In this document: one piece after another, positions 49,322 through 63,195 of the stretch | How the letters are laid out: every line of letters begins with the position of its first letter | Numbering within the stretch: the first letter of the stretch is position 1 | Assembly: GCA_951406725.2 (NCBI GenBank) | Contig: OX597820.1 | Coordinates: 25,110,001-25,174,000, forward strand | DNA from: Octopus vulgaris | Lineage: Eukaryota | Length of the DNA: 64,000 nt | Direction: 5' to 3' | The notes under the pieces: model-generated | The model's database searches: none | The model's input: only the letters and a program-made list of their open reading frames with translations | Told to the model about the DNA's origin: nothing | Position numbers and translations under genes: made by a program

Positions 49322-52041
49322 CTAAAAGAAAAGAAAACAAATACATAACACATAGAAAAAAAAACTGCAAACATATATTGGTTTGATCTTAGACATATGC
49401 AGAGCCAGCACCCTAGGCCAGCCCTACAATGGGTGCCATGTGTGTCCTTCTCTTAGTCCAACAATGAGAATTACCTTCTCCCATCTTTGCTACATCCTCC
49501 AATCAGGGCCAGGTTAAGACTCATTGAGCCCTTAAGCACTTAAAAGATCTTGATGACCTCATATATATGTAATTCAAAATATAAACCATGATAAATCATA
49601 AAATCAATTTTTATTATTTTTAAATGAAACAATACTAACAGTAAGATAGAAAATAACGCTTATTTTGTATGCCTCCACTTTATTTATATTTGAAAAGTTT
49701 TCTCCTACTTTTTTAATTGCAAAATCTTTGACCAGGAGTGGCTGAGTGGTAAGTAGCTAGCTTACCAGCCACATGATTTTGGGTTCAGTCCCACTGGGTG
49801 GTACCTTGGGCAAGTGTCTTCTATTATAGCCTCGGGCCGACCAAAGCCTTGTGAGTGGACCTGGTAGACGGAAATTGAAAGAAGCCCATTGTATGTATAT
49901 ATATATATGTATATATATATTTGTTTCGACTAAAGGCGGTGCTCCAGCATGGCAGCAGTCAAATGACTGAAACAAGTGAAAGAGTTTCTTAATATGACAC
50001 CATGAACATTTCGAAATTATACTTCCGATCATATAAATCACTTCAAACATTATTTTAGCAAGGTTAAAGAGATTTCTTTTTGTGCTGTAAACTATTTATC
50101 ATTCCTGAGGTGCTGCTACTTCCCGTGACTCCCTAACCATGTGCTTATCTTGCTTAATGGTTAATCCATCATTGCTCTCATTACACCAGCTGAAACTTCA
50201 ATTGAAAAATTATTACTATTATCATTATTATTTTCAAATTCTGCGAAGGTCGACTTTACCTTTCATCTTTTTAGGATCAATAAATTAAATACCAGTGATA
50301 CACTGGGGTTGATGTAATCAACTAGTCGCCTCTCTCAAATTCCAGGCCTTGTGCCTATAGTGGAAAAGCTTATTATTATTATTGGTAGTGGTAGTGGTGC
50401 ATTATTAGAGACATGATTTTGTGTCACATCATATTCCAATGAATTTTTTCCTTTGAGTTCAAATTCCACCAAGGTTGACTTTGCCTTTCATCCTTTTGGA
50501 ATTGATAAATTAAGTACTAGTCAAGCACTGGGGTCAATGTAATTGACTAGTTCCTTCCCACAAATTTTGTGTCTACAGTAGAAAGGATTGGAGGCGCAAT
50601 GGCCCAGTGGTTAGGGCAGCGGACTCGCGGTTGGAGGATCGCGGTTTCGATTCCCAGTCCGGGCGTTGTGTGTGTTTATTGAGTGAAAATACCTAAAGCT
50701 CCATGAGGCTCCGGCAGGGGGGGCAACTCTTTGTACTCTTTTGCCCCAACTTTCTTTCATTCTTTCTTTCTGTTTCTTGAGTAACGCTGTGATGGACTGG
50801 CGTCCCATCAGACTGGTGGGGGAACATATACGCTGTAGAAACTGGAAAATTGGGCCCATGAGCCTGGCTAGGCTTCAAAAGGGTGCATAAAAAAAAATAA
50901 TAGTAGAAAGGATTATTACTAGCATTATTGAATAGCAATATAATAGGTACATCATGGTCAAATGGTTAAGAAGTTCACTTCACAACTATGATGCTTTAGG
51001 TTCAATCCTACATTGTGGATGAATGTCATTTTGTACAGCCTCATGCTTTGCCCTTACTTTGTGAGTGAAACTGGGTTGCAAGAAACATCATAGAATCCCA
51101 TCAGGTGGAGTGCATCTATAATTGAAAAGGGTCGGCCCTGTCACACACTGTATCATGCTGATTTTGTGTGAGAATTATGTTAAGGGTATACATGTCCATG
51201 GACATGCACTTGCACATTAATTCAGTTGATTGAAAATTGAATTCTCATTGTTAAACAACAGAGACCCATCCAACACCATTAAAACGTCGCCCTTTTCAAG
51301 CCTAGCCAGGCTCATGGGCCTGATTTCCCGGTTTCTGTGGCATATGTGTTCCCCCCAAGTGGGACGGGATGCCAGTCCATCAAAGCGTTACTCAAGAAAC
51401 AGGAAGAGAGAGTGAGAGAAAGTTGCGGTGAAAGAGTACAACGGGGGTCACCACCACCTCCTGCCGGAGCCTTGTGGAGCTTTTAGGTGTTTTCACTCAA
51501 TAAACACACACAACGCCTGGTCTGGGAATCGAAACCGTGATCCTCCGACCACAAGTCCGCTGCCCTAACCACTGGGCCATTGCACCTCCACTCCAACACC
51601 ATTACCATGGAATAAGTCTTTGGTTTTGTTTTGTTCCAAATTCTTGACAATAAGAATCAGTAAATGGCAGCATGCTGGTAGAATCATTAACATGCCAGCT
51701 AAAATACTTTGAGGCATTTCATGTCTTTATGTTCAGAGTTCAAATTCCACCGAGGTCGAATTTGCCTTTCTTTCTTTTTTTCTGTTTTTGGGTGGGGTCG
51801 ATAAAATAAGTACCAGTTGCACACTGGACTCAATGTAATTAACTTACCTCCTTCCCTGAAGTTGCTGGCCTTGTGCCAAAATTTGAAACCAGAAAGATTC
51901 ATTAATGGTCTCCAGGTTTTAATTTAACTCCTATTCAACCTTCTTCAGATATATCAATTGCTCAAGGCTCTATCAGCTTTCACAACAAAATACTTCATTT
52001 GTATTGAGAAAACATACTAAAGTAAAAGTGTGTCTACTCAC

Positions 52042-52197
52042 CTGAAAAAGCATTTTTATGCTGAGGTTGATTCAAAGTAATTTGGGCAATCCCTGATTGT
52101 TCATCTTTTGTCAGATCAACTGACCCGCCAGAGAATTTTGAGAACTTGAGCCTAACATTTTCAGGAAGAGAATATGAGTCAGCGGAGTGATGGCAGC
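52042..52197 (-). CDS. ECHDC1: ECHDC1-like coding exon 2 (CHHSADSYSLPENVRLKFSKFSGGSVDLTKDEQSGIAQITLNQPQHKNAFS-G)
   Basis: TAG/GTGAGT bounded, 156 nt, phase 1/1. F.GGS.DL.K and LN.P…NAFSG match ECHDC1 as recalled. Confidence 0.9.
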
Positions 52198-52459
52198 CTA
52201 GGAAACAAAATGGAATAAATCTCAAAAATATGTATATAATTTTTTTACAAATTAGTCAGAAAAGAAAGGATATTGCCTTTTATTTATTTTTTTAATCTTT
52301 CTTTGAGATGGGATGGGAAAAGCCTTCAGAAGACACTATGACCTATATACTGTTACAGTAGGAAACAGCATTTCAAAATATTGAGTCTTAAGTGCTAGTA
52401 TAGTATGCGGTCTACCACATTGTCAAATAGTACAGCCAAGGTTATCCATTATACGGATA

Positions 52460-52645
52460 TGAACAATAAATTATGCAAGCTGAGCCTGAGTGAGATTTTA
52501 GAACTAACATTTTTCTTTGTCATGGATATACTTATGACTACAGCAGTGACTCTAACAGGAAAATCTAAAAATACAATAACTGACTGGTACAATATGTGCC
52601 GCGAGGTGTGTGGAACCATAGTTTATTATGAACGACGAGGGAAGG
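52460..52645 (+). mobile_element. Merlin / ISXO2-like transposase N-terminal fragment in an ECHDC1 intron
   Basis: KLSLSEIL…TG.SKNTITDWYNMCREVC motif. Confidence 0.65.
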
Positions 52646-52883
52646 TAAGGGTTGTCCACGTAGTGGTCATCCCTCTTATATGCATGTAATATAATTTTTT
52701 CTAAAACTTCAAATTTATCAATATGCTAGACCGCTGGTTTTAAATTGATATTAATCAAATTAATATTCAATTTTTCACTCGCCAGATCAGACTGGGCCTG
52801 GTGCAGCCTTCTGGCTCCCCAGACCCCAGTTGCACCGTCCAACCCATGCCAGCATGGAAAGCGGATGCTAAACGATGATGATG

Positions 52884-52931
<48 letters not shown>

Positions 52932-53957
52932 TATGCTGGTTTCAAATGCTGGGCCCCACGAAGGCGCGGTACAAGGTGGTGAAGTGTTATCTTTGAATGT
53001 TGGGCCTCACATAGGCAATGACAAGGAGCAAGACCTATGGCAATATGCAGAGCTTGAGAAGACACTTGAAGCCGAGTGAAATCAGAGTTGTGGCTGTTGC
53101 GAGCATCCTATAAATGGCACCTTTGAAATCATAGAGTGGTCATTGACAGTGTCAAGCATATGGCGCCAGTGGTACACAAAAAGCACCCATTACACCCCTT
53201 GGAATTGTTGGTGTTAGGAAGAGTATCCAGCTGTAGAAATCAAGCCAAATCAGACTGAAATGTAGTTCAGCTCTCTGGCTTACCAGTTCCAGTCAAACCG
53301 TTTAACCCATGCCAGCATGGAAAACAGATGCTAAATGATGATGATGATGATGATGATGATATATATCTTTGCGTGTATGTCTTTTGTGTTTCTGTTTGTC
53401 CCCAACCACTGCTTGACAACCAGTGCTGGTGTGCTTGCAGACCAGTGCCATAGCAATTTGGCAAAAAAGACCGATAGAATAAGTACCAGGTTTCAAAAAA
53501 ACAAGCACTGGGGTTGTTTCACTCAACAAAAATTCCTCAAGGCGGTGTCCCAGCAAGGCTGCATTCTAAGGACTGAAACAATTAAAAGATAAAAGAACAA
53601 GTCAACTGCGACTTTGGCTTTCGCTTACCAAATTCTTCAACCAGTTACAGAGTACAAATCTAACATCATCATCATCATCATCATCATCATTTAATGTATG
53701 TTTTCCATGCTGCCATGGGTTGGACATTTTGACTGAAAACTGGTAAGCCGAGGAGCTGCCACAGGTTCCAATCTGATTTGGCGTGGTTTCTACAGCTGGG
53801 TGCCCTTCCTAATGCTAACCACTTCAAGAGTGTAGTGGGTGCATTTTACGTGATCAGCCATGACTACAATCTCCCTTGGCTCGACAGGTCTTCTCAAGCA
53901 CAACATATTACCAAAGATATAAGTAAATAAGTAAAAAATATTGTTGTTACTAGATAC

Positions 53958-54045
53958 CATTGTATATTACTGGTTTTATTGCTCCAGAATTCCATAAGTG
54001 ATGTATTCTTGCTGTCTTTCCATGGAAGAACACTGACTTCAACAT
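53958..54045 (-). CDS. ECHDC1: ECHDC1-like coding exon 1 (MLKSVFFHGKTARIHHLWNSGAIKPVIYN-G)
   Basis: Polypyrimidine acceptor at 54056, ATG at 54045, donor GTATCT. 88 nt, phase 1 matches the next exon. Confidence 0.65.
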
Positions 54046-55254
54046 AGTAACAGATCTTCAAAATAAAACAGAAAGAATGAATCAACAACAAATAAATAAA
54101 TAATCCTTTCTATTACAGGCACAAGGCCTGAAACTTTGTAGAAAGGGGATACTCAATTATATTAACCCACAGTCCTTTACTGGTACCTATTTCATTGACC
54201 CTAATTCCTTGGTGGAATTTGAAATCAGGATGTAAAGATAGATGAAATGCTGCTAAGCATTTTTCCTGATGTGCTAGAAATTCAGCCTGATCACCACCTT
54301 AATAATAATAATAATAATAATAATGATAATAATAATAATAATAATAATAAATATAATAATGATGATAATAATAATAATAATAAATATAATAATGATGATA
54401 AAAATAATAATAATAATAATAATCATCATCATCATCAACATTTAACGTCCGCTTTCCATGCTAGCATGGGTTGGACGGTTCAACTGGTGTCTGTGAAGCC
54501 AGAAGGCTGCTTCAGGCCCAGTCTGATCTGGCAGTGTTTCTACGGCTGGATGCCCTTCCTAACGCCAACCACTCCGTGAGTGTAGTGGGTGCTTTTTACG
54601 TGCCACCCGCACAGGTGCCAGACAGAGCTGGCAGACGGCCACGGACGGATGGTGCTTTTATGTGCCACTGGCACGGGGTCCAGGTGAGGCTGGCAACGGC
54701 CACGAATAATAATAATAATAAAAATAAAGGCCCTGATGCAGTACCAGACAGTGGCTCTCATGGCTTCTGATCTTAACTGATTGGAAGTGTTATCATGTAC
54801 ATTGTTTTGTCTTGGTATAAAAGATGGGCTGCAGCAAATATTCTGCTCAATAATATAGATTTGCTTGTCAGTTGTTTGACCTTAACCAGTTGAGCATGTC
54901 CCTTAGTGGCTGGTGATATGTGCATCTCTGACCATGAGCAGAAGTAGTGGGGAGCATCATAGCTGTGTGTTGGAAGGAATTCTTGGAGGTTTGGATAATT
55001 CACCTTATTCAGGGACCTTTTGAACAGGATGGGCTACTCAACTAGAGGAAAATTCTAACTGGGCCCCACCTGCAAGGTCATGCGTTGTTTATCTTGATAT
55101 GAGATCACCATGTTGCGCACATTTCGTTGTGATGCATGTGCCTGGTGTACCCTTATCAGACGGGCAGTCATGATGGGTATACTGGGCTTCGTATATATTA
55201 CCCCAGCGTCACTTTGATGGCATGCACTGCTCTCTCACTCAATAATAATAACAC

Positions 55255-55291
<37 letters not shown>

Positions 55292-56370
55292 TTCTACTAA
55301 AGGCACATGACCTGAAATTTTAGGTGACAGGCCTAGTCTATTAAATTGATCCCTGTGTTTTAGAGGCATTTAATTTATTGACCCCCGAAAGGATGAAAGG
55401 CAAAGTCAATCTTGGTGGAATTTGAACTCAGAGAGCCAATAATTTCTGAGTGGGGGCAGAAATCAATTACATCAATACCTATGGTTATAGAAAAGGTCAT
55501 AAGACACTCATCAACAGCTTGACAGATGGAAGACAACTTGTGAAATAAAATCGATTTAATGGCAAAGATGATTGCATTCTGAAAATTCTTATGTATGACC
55601 AACAAGCAGAGAGATACCACAGTAAAGGAAGACCCATCATTAGGTATAAGGATAAGTTGAAGAAATCACTAAAATCTCAACGGATTAATTTGACAACTTG
55701 TGAAAGTTATTGCCTAGATCGATCTGCATGGTATAAAATGTGTCGTTATGCATTATAATTTTGTTGGGAATTGGACAAATGTGTCTACTGATTGCAGGAT
55801 ATGACTCTTTTATTGTTCTGTTTCTTCAATAATAATAATAATAATAATAATAACAATAATAATGAATGTTTCCAACATTGGCAGGAGGCCTACAATATTT
55901 AGGGGAGAGGGTTAGCGATTACCATCAACTCCAGTACTTGACTAGTACTTTGTTTTATTAACCCTGAAAACATGAAATTCAAAGTTAAGCTCAGCAGTAG
56001 TTGAACTTAGTACTTAAAGAACTTGAACAAATATTTGCTTCAAATTTTGGCATAAGGCCAGTAATTTCAGGTTCTTTGCCTGTCGTTGTTTTGGGGGTCA
56101 ATAAAATAAGTATCAGTGGAGCACTGGGGTTCTTTTAATCAACTAGCACCCTTCCCAAAATTTTCAAGCATCTTGCATTCAATAGAAAGATAAAATATTA
56201 TCATTAATTATTTCGCATTACTTAGAGGACTTGGATAAAACAAGAGTTCAGTCCCACTGCATGGCACCTTAGGCAAGTGTCATCTACTTATAGCCCCTAC
56301 CAAATCTATTCACAAGCTTTGTGAGTGGATATGGTTGATGGAAACTGAAAGAAGCCCATCATATAATTAT

Positions 56371-56418
<48 letters not shown>

Positions 56419-56420
<2 letters not shown>

Positions 56421-56812
56421 TAGCAGCTGAGCCCAGTTTCACCTGGTCTGTTTGGGTGATATGGGTGTGATCGTTTTCGGTTAGGCATAATCTATAACAG
56501 CTTTTCTCAACCTTATCATTTCGGGTCCCCTGTTTCCATTGGAGCCTCCAGCTGTATGAACATTTCCTGACCTCACCCCATCAGAAAACAGTTTTAATGG
56601 CAGAAGAAAGAGGGGAATTCCATTAGAAAAAGTTTTAATCGATTTTCTCGGTAAGTATTGATGCTAGGAAAAAAAATACAAACTGCATTGCAATCTATGC
56701 ACCTGTCTCTCCATGTGTGCCATTTTCACGCGAATCCACCCAGACGTTTGGCTGTGAAACTCAAGACAAGAAAGAATACAACACTCACCCATGTCCAATT
56801 TATATTATAGAT
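56419..56812. mobile_element. Helitron/DINE-like non-autonomous element
   Basis: Starts ACTAGCAG…CCC…, ends TTTATATTATAGAT, sits in (TA)n. Confidence 0.45.
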
Positions 56813-57414
56813 ATACGCACACACACACAAGGGGGTGCTAAAAAGTTCCTGGCTTTGGGTAAAAGGAAATACTGTTTTTGTTTCTCATTTGTTTTGCAAC
56901 CAATTGATCAACTGATTCCCCATATTTTCATGTGTATTTATTGTATCTCAATTGGGCATTGGCTAGATTAAGTTGTGGTTTTCAGTATTGCAAGTCTATG
57001 GGCAGTGTGTGGTTCATAGTCCAGAAATTATGGTACATGAATGTATGTCGTTTTCTTTCCATATTGATTATCTTGCATGTTATAGGGGACCCTGATTCAT
57101 TGAAAAAACTGTAATGGGACCATCATGTAAAATTTCTTGGAAAGTTTAAGAACCACTGGTCTAGTTGAACCAACTGATTCCAATATTTATTTTTAAACCT
57201 ACTATTTATTCTGTCTGTCTCTTTTTGGAGAACCACAGTAACAGGAGCATAACTAAACCAACACCAGTTGTCAAGTGGTTGTGGAGGGCAAATACAAACA
57301 CACATACATATATCATTTATATGCATATGACTGGAATGCACCGAACATACAACAATTATTTCATTCAGGTTTCTGCTCTAATCGTTAATCGAGTAAAATT
57401 TCTAACATTATGTA

Positions 57415-58318
57415 TGAGGAGGTACCCCAAGATGACAGGAAATGTTCTCTGTGGGGCAATCCCATTATAGTTCAGGCTTCCACCGCTAGATGCTACTTGA
57501 TGCAACCCTCAGGCATCAGTCTGCCGACCAGCGTTGTCGGGCGTAGTCCTACTGCTACGTGGTCCATCTTTGTTTTTCAGTGCTTCTCCCCTATCCATCG
57601 GTTTTTGTGATGATTGAAGCAAAGGAACAGCATGCTTCTATGAAATTCTGTTTGTGCGGGAGAAAACAGTAGCCAAAACAGTTGTCATGCTTCAAACCAC
57701 TTACAAGGATGCTGCCATGAGCAAAACACAAGTCTACGAGTGGTTTCCACGCTTTAGGAATGGTCATTTGTCGCTTGAAGACCAACCTCATTCAGGACAG
57801 TCATCAACAACCACTGAACGAATGAAAACATCACGAAAATACATGAACGGATCTTGGAGGACTGTCGCTAAACAACTGATGAACTTGTTGATATGACCAG
57901 TGTGTCCAGGAGCTCCTGTCAATGGATTTTCAGCAAGGAATTGCCAATGGAAAGAGTTGCAGCGAAACTTTTGCCTTGCTTGCTCACGGAAGATCAAAAG
58001 CAGTTATGACTAGATGCGTGTCATGAACTGAAAAAATAGTTGGATGTTGATCCAGACCTTCTTTTGAAGGTCATCACTGGTGACGAAAGTTGGTGCTACG
58101 GAATTTGCAGAGGTGGAAGAGGCAAAGAAAAATACAACGGAGGCATTAAAAGGCATCACTTTGCAAGAGTTCCAGCGCTGCTTCCATCAGCAGAAAATGC
58201 GTCTGGACTGATGCATTGCTTCAAATGGAGAATACTTTGAAAGCAATAAGTATAAACAAGTAAAATTAGGAGACTAAAATATATTGCAAAACTCCGGTTT
58301 CTTTTGGGTAACTCCTCG
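57415..58318 (+). mobile_element. Internally deleted mariner
   Basis: TA-flanked TIRs GAGGAGGTACCC…/GGGTAACTCCTC; MSKTQVYEWF.RF..G..SLED, ITGDESWCYG. Confidence 0.88.
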
Positions 58319-58951
58319 TATTCACAGGAAATCCTGTACAGTCTGATGCAGACTATACCTATTTCTTTACTACAGAGAGGACAAACAAGGAGAGACAAAC
58401 GGATTGAGTCGATTACATCGACCCCAGTGTGTAACTGGTACTTAATTTATCGACCCCCGAAAGGATGAAAGGCAAAGTCGACCTCGGTGGAATTTGAACT
58501 CACAACATAACGGCAGACGAAATACGGCCACACGTTTCGCCCGGCGTGCTAACGTTTCTGCCAGCTCGCCGCCTGACTGATGCAGACTATACCGTAATAT
58601 AAGAGTTATGAACCATGTATATGCATTATAAATGCCACTGTCAGCAGGAGGAACTCCTACGTGGTCGCTCAGTCAGAAATCTTCCCCAAATCGTACCCTA
58701 CCGTTTTAAAGGAAAGCAAAATATATAATGGGCAATGCTGTTCTAGATATGCAAAAAGGTGGGTGTGGTTATAGTTGAAACACAACTATATATATAGCTG
58801 AAGCACGTCATTTATATAGATTTATAGATTACGTAAACAGGATGGACGGACAATTATAAAGAAACGTCAAGAACGCCGAATGTCAACAAATAAAAGCTTT
58901 CAGGTAATGTTCGATTATCACTTAAAGTTTATTTTCAAAGAATAATTTACG

Positions 58952-61825
58952 TAGGATAGCCTGACGTCCCTTATATATAGGACATGTCCCATATTTGATC
59001 ATTTTGTCCCCTGTCCCGTACTGACCCTTGAGGGACACCCTAATGTCCCGTGCTTAGTTCATTTTCAAATCTCGTAATAAAAGTATCTTTTTACTACCTT
59101 CATACGGTTTTTAGTTGTTACGTTATAAGTAATTATGCTTTCTTTTATCATATTCTCTTGATGAAAACAACCAAAATGTAACGTGGAAACCATTGTTGCT
59201 AGAAGCTTACACAAAAACTTAGGTGTTTGCAACTTGATACTGTCAACAAAGTGTGTTGTTACTACTTGCCAAGGCCCACTTTTTTTTTGTTTACTTAAAA
59301 ACTAATCCATTCATCCGAAGATGCCTGAAAGTAAGTGTAAATTTCGTGATGAATATTCCAGCGAATGGTCATTTATCAAACAAAGCAGAAACTGTTTTCA
59401 AGCGAACTGTGGTGTATGTAATCGCACTTTCAGTATTGAACATAGTGCGAAGTCTGATATCAAGCAGCAAAGCACAAAAGCAGTATTACCTCTACTACAA
59501 AAAGAAACTGGTAAAATAACAAATTTCTTGATCAAGAAAAACACGGTACTACTTAAGAAGAGTAAATATTTTTTTTTACACAAAGTAAATGAAATACAAA
59601 AAGACAAAGGGTCGACTAGTCACGACTAGCTAGCGAGGATGTGCTACTACGCGAGTGCGCGCACCGGGACCACTCTTCTTAAGTAGTACCAAAAACACGA
59701 CGAAGAAAGTAAAATAATAGCCGCAGAAGTTGCAATGGCATTTCATGACGGTCCGTCATCATCAGTTATTCAGTTCAAATGACTGTACGAACGTACTACT
59801 ACAAACAGTATTTCCTGATTCTAAAATTGCATGCAAATTTTCAAGGTCTAGAACTAAATGTGCTGTAATAATAAGAAATGTTGTGGCTCCACACACTATT
59901 GCGGAGATTGTTAAAGATATAAATAAATCTTTTTATGGCATATATGCAGATGCAAGTAACCACATTGCTGAGAAAATGTTCCCGCTGATTCTTTTTCTCG
60001 TGAAAATAGTTTGCTGTTCGTACCGTGGCCAATGTTCTTTCTGTTGATGTAATTGTTGTGAAATTGTTTTCATACTTTAGTATTTATATTGTTCGATCTG
60101 AGAAGTTGAAAGATTTATGCGAGTTTGTTGGTGTATATTATACCTCAATTCTCACACATTCCAAAACTCGTTGGCTTTCTTTCATAAGAGCAGTTGAGAG
60201 AATCCTAAGCTTATTTAAAGCACTGAAATCATTTTCTTTTCTGTTTTTTTTTTTTATTAAGTAACTGGTACTTATTTAATTGACCCCGAAAGGATGAAAG
60301 GCAAAGTCGACCTTGGCGGAATTTGAACTCAGAACGTAGCGGCAGACGAAATACCTATTTCTTTACTACCCACAAGGGGCTAAACACAGAGAGGACAAAC
60401 AAGGACAGACATAGGTATTAAGTCGATTACATCGACCCCAGTGCGTAACTGGTACTTAATTTATCGACCCCGAAAGGATGAAAGGCAAAGTCGACCTCGG
60501 CGGAATTTGAACTCAGAACGTAACGGCAGACGAAATACCTATTTCTTTATTACCCACAAGGGGTTAAACATAGAGGGGACAAACAAGGACAGACATAGGT
60601 ATTAAGTCGATTACATCGACCCAGTGTGTAATTGGTACTTAGTTTATCGACCCCGAAAGGATGAAAGGCAAAGTCGACCTCGGCGGGAAATACCGCTAAG
60701 CATTTCGCCCGGCGTGCTAACAGTTCTGCCAGCTCGCCGCCTTGCAGATCAAACCTGATGAATAGAAGACCAGACTGTGTCATGAAAGATGGTTTTCTAT
60801 CCTTCAGTAGAGGGAATTTCAAGAACAATATGCCGAATTAATTTCGTGCCAGTTCTTATTTAACATACTAGCGCATAATGCTAATTTTGAGCGCGTCTTC
60901 TCGATAATGAATGTTTAGTGGAATGAAGAACGAAAAGTTGGATGTCACTACTGTAGAAGCTATCTTACAATGCACACGGAACCTTAACTGTAAATGTAAA
61001 GAATTTTATGGGCATTTGTAAGAAAACAAAGACCTGCTACCAAAAGCCAAATCATCAGTGAAATATAACTAAAGGTAAAGGTTTGAGTTTAATTCTCGGG
61101 CGGTCTTTACTCTTTTACTTGTTTCAGTCATTTGACTGTGGCCATGCTGGAGCACCGCCTTTAGTCGACCCCAGGACTTATTCTATCGGTCTCTTTTGCC
61201 GAATCGCTAACTTACAGGGACGTAAACACACCAGCATCGGTTGTCAAGCGATGTTGGATGGGCATACACAGACACACAAACATATACATATATACGACGG
61301 GCTTCTTTCAGTTTCCGTCAACCAAATCCACTCACAAGGCTTTGGTCGGCCCGAGGCTATATTAGAAGACACTTGCCCAAAGTGACACGCAGTGGTACTG
61401 AACCCAGAACCATGTGGTTCGTAAGCCAGCTACTTACCATACAGCCACTCTTTTTAGGTTCTCCATATGAAACAACTTTTTAGTCTATTTTCTGTGTTGT
61501 TTGCATTAAGTAATAATTTTCTAAATTATTTCCTTTGCATTTTCTATTGTCTTAATTGAATAAGAATTTTTCAATGATTTCACTTTCTCAGTATTTCTTT
61601 ATCTATATTGCCTGTATTAAATAATAATATTCAAATGCTTTCACGCTAAAAGATTTTTTCTATATTGTCATTTCTATATTTGTCATTAAAGAAAAAAAAT
61701 TAGATACTACTTAAATACAGAGGTCCCGACGCCTCTACGTAACATTAACCCTAATGAATGTGCACTGTAAAAAGCTATCGTTACGTAGATGAATCCGGAC
61801 CTCTGTATTTAGGTTGGCAATTTTA
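58952..61825 (+). mobile_element. Degenerate hAT (Tip100-like) transposon with nested MITE and SINEs; right end uncertain
   Basis: Left end TAGGATAGCCTGACGTCCC with GGGAC/GTCCC subterminal motifs; zinc finger CGVCNRTFSI; SRTKC; TRWLS…AVERIL; hATC-like NANFERVFSIMN. Confidence 0.8.
59545..59690. mobile_element. 146-bp Merlin-type MITE inserted in the hAT transposase
   Basis: Perfect 19-bp TIR GGTACTACTTAAGAAGAGT; exact 8-bp TSD AAAAACAC (59537-59544 and 59691-59698). Confidence 0.85.
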
Positions 61826-61835
61826 AAAAAAAAAA

Positions 61836-63195
61836 GAATCAGTATCTCCGTAGCCGAAAATGTGGGTTTCTGTAAAAAAATAAAAAATTGTTTAAAGAAC
61901 AGCTGTTAACACGTCTTCTACTATAGCCTCGGACCGACCAAAGCCTTGTGAGTGGATTTAGTAGACGGAAACTGAAAGAAGCCCGTCGTATATATATGTA
62001 TATATAAATGTATGTATGTATATGTTTGTGTGTCTGTGTTTGCCCCCCCCCCCCCAACATTGCTTGACAACTGATGCTGGAGTGTTTACGTCCCTGAAAC
62101 TTAGCGGTTCGGCAAAAAAAAAACGATAGAATAAGTACTAGGCTTATAAAAATAAGTCCTGGGGTCGATTTGCTCGACTAAAGGCGGTGCTCCAGCATGG
62201 CCACAGTCAAATGACTGAAACAAGTAAAAGAATTATAAGTTTACAGTAAACTCTTAAAAAAAGTTGAATCACAATGTAAATAGTATTTTTTCAGAATTAA
62301 AAATCAAGGCGCTTCTTTAGAGGCGCACCTCTCCAAGAAAATGACGCCTAATTTCTAAAAAAAAAAAATATGAAAATGGCAAATATATCCAATATAAATG
62401 AAGTATGCAAAAAACCTAGGAAGATTCATCTATTTTTAAATATTTTATACTAAAAAAATAAAACACGGGAAACGGACACTCGCGAATATAAACAAACGTA
62501 TCAGACGATGTATCAGATATTATTAATGATACGAGGGGCCCGACAATAACGTTTGCAAATTCTTGATAGTTTTTAATCAGATTTTTTACTGTGCACACTG
62601 GTTAGGGTTAATTTTAGATGAGTTGGGTGGTGTGGACTCGCTTTACCTTCGCCCATTTTATGATGTGATATTTTCCGTTCAGGCACAAAATTTGACATAA
62701 CAGTATATATTAGTTACAAACGGTCTTCTTACAATTTGCAGACGATATTGTCGGGCCGCTTGTATAATTAATAATAATCTGACTGGTCTGTATATTATTT
62801 TTTAGTATAAAATATTTAAAAAATTGATGAATCTTCCTAATTTTTTTGCATGCTTTATTTATTTTGGATATATTTCCCATTTTCGTCACTTTTTTTAACA
62901 AGTAAGTGTATTTTCCTTGGAGAGGTGCGCTTTTAAAGAAGCGCCAAAATCAACATTCGACTTAAATAGCTGTATTTTAGACATTAAAATATATATTAGA
63001 AGCAAATCGTTTTCTCAAAAGAAAGTTTCTTCACTTATTCTTCACGCTGTGTATATATGGTGTAATTTTAGGCTCTTTACTCGTATAAAGTCTATCTGTC
63101 CAGATAGAGGATATGTAAACGGAACCCTTCACCCCTTAAATCTTTTTTTTTTTTACGGAATCCTACATTTTAGGTTATGGAGATTCCGATTCTGA
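61836..63195. mobile_element. Foldback-type element with long imperfect inverted arms, one arm split by a SINE (61914-62231)
   Basis: 62308-62560 is the reverse complement of 62731-62945; 61836-61885 pairs with about 63141-63195. Confidence 0.7.

Noticed and set aside
62601-62611. GGTTAGGGTTA telomere-like motif
   Set aside because: Fewer than two units; not significant.
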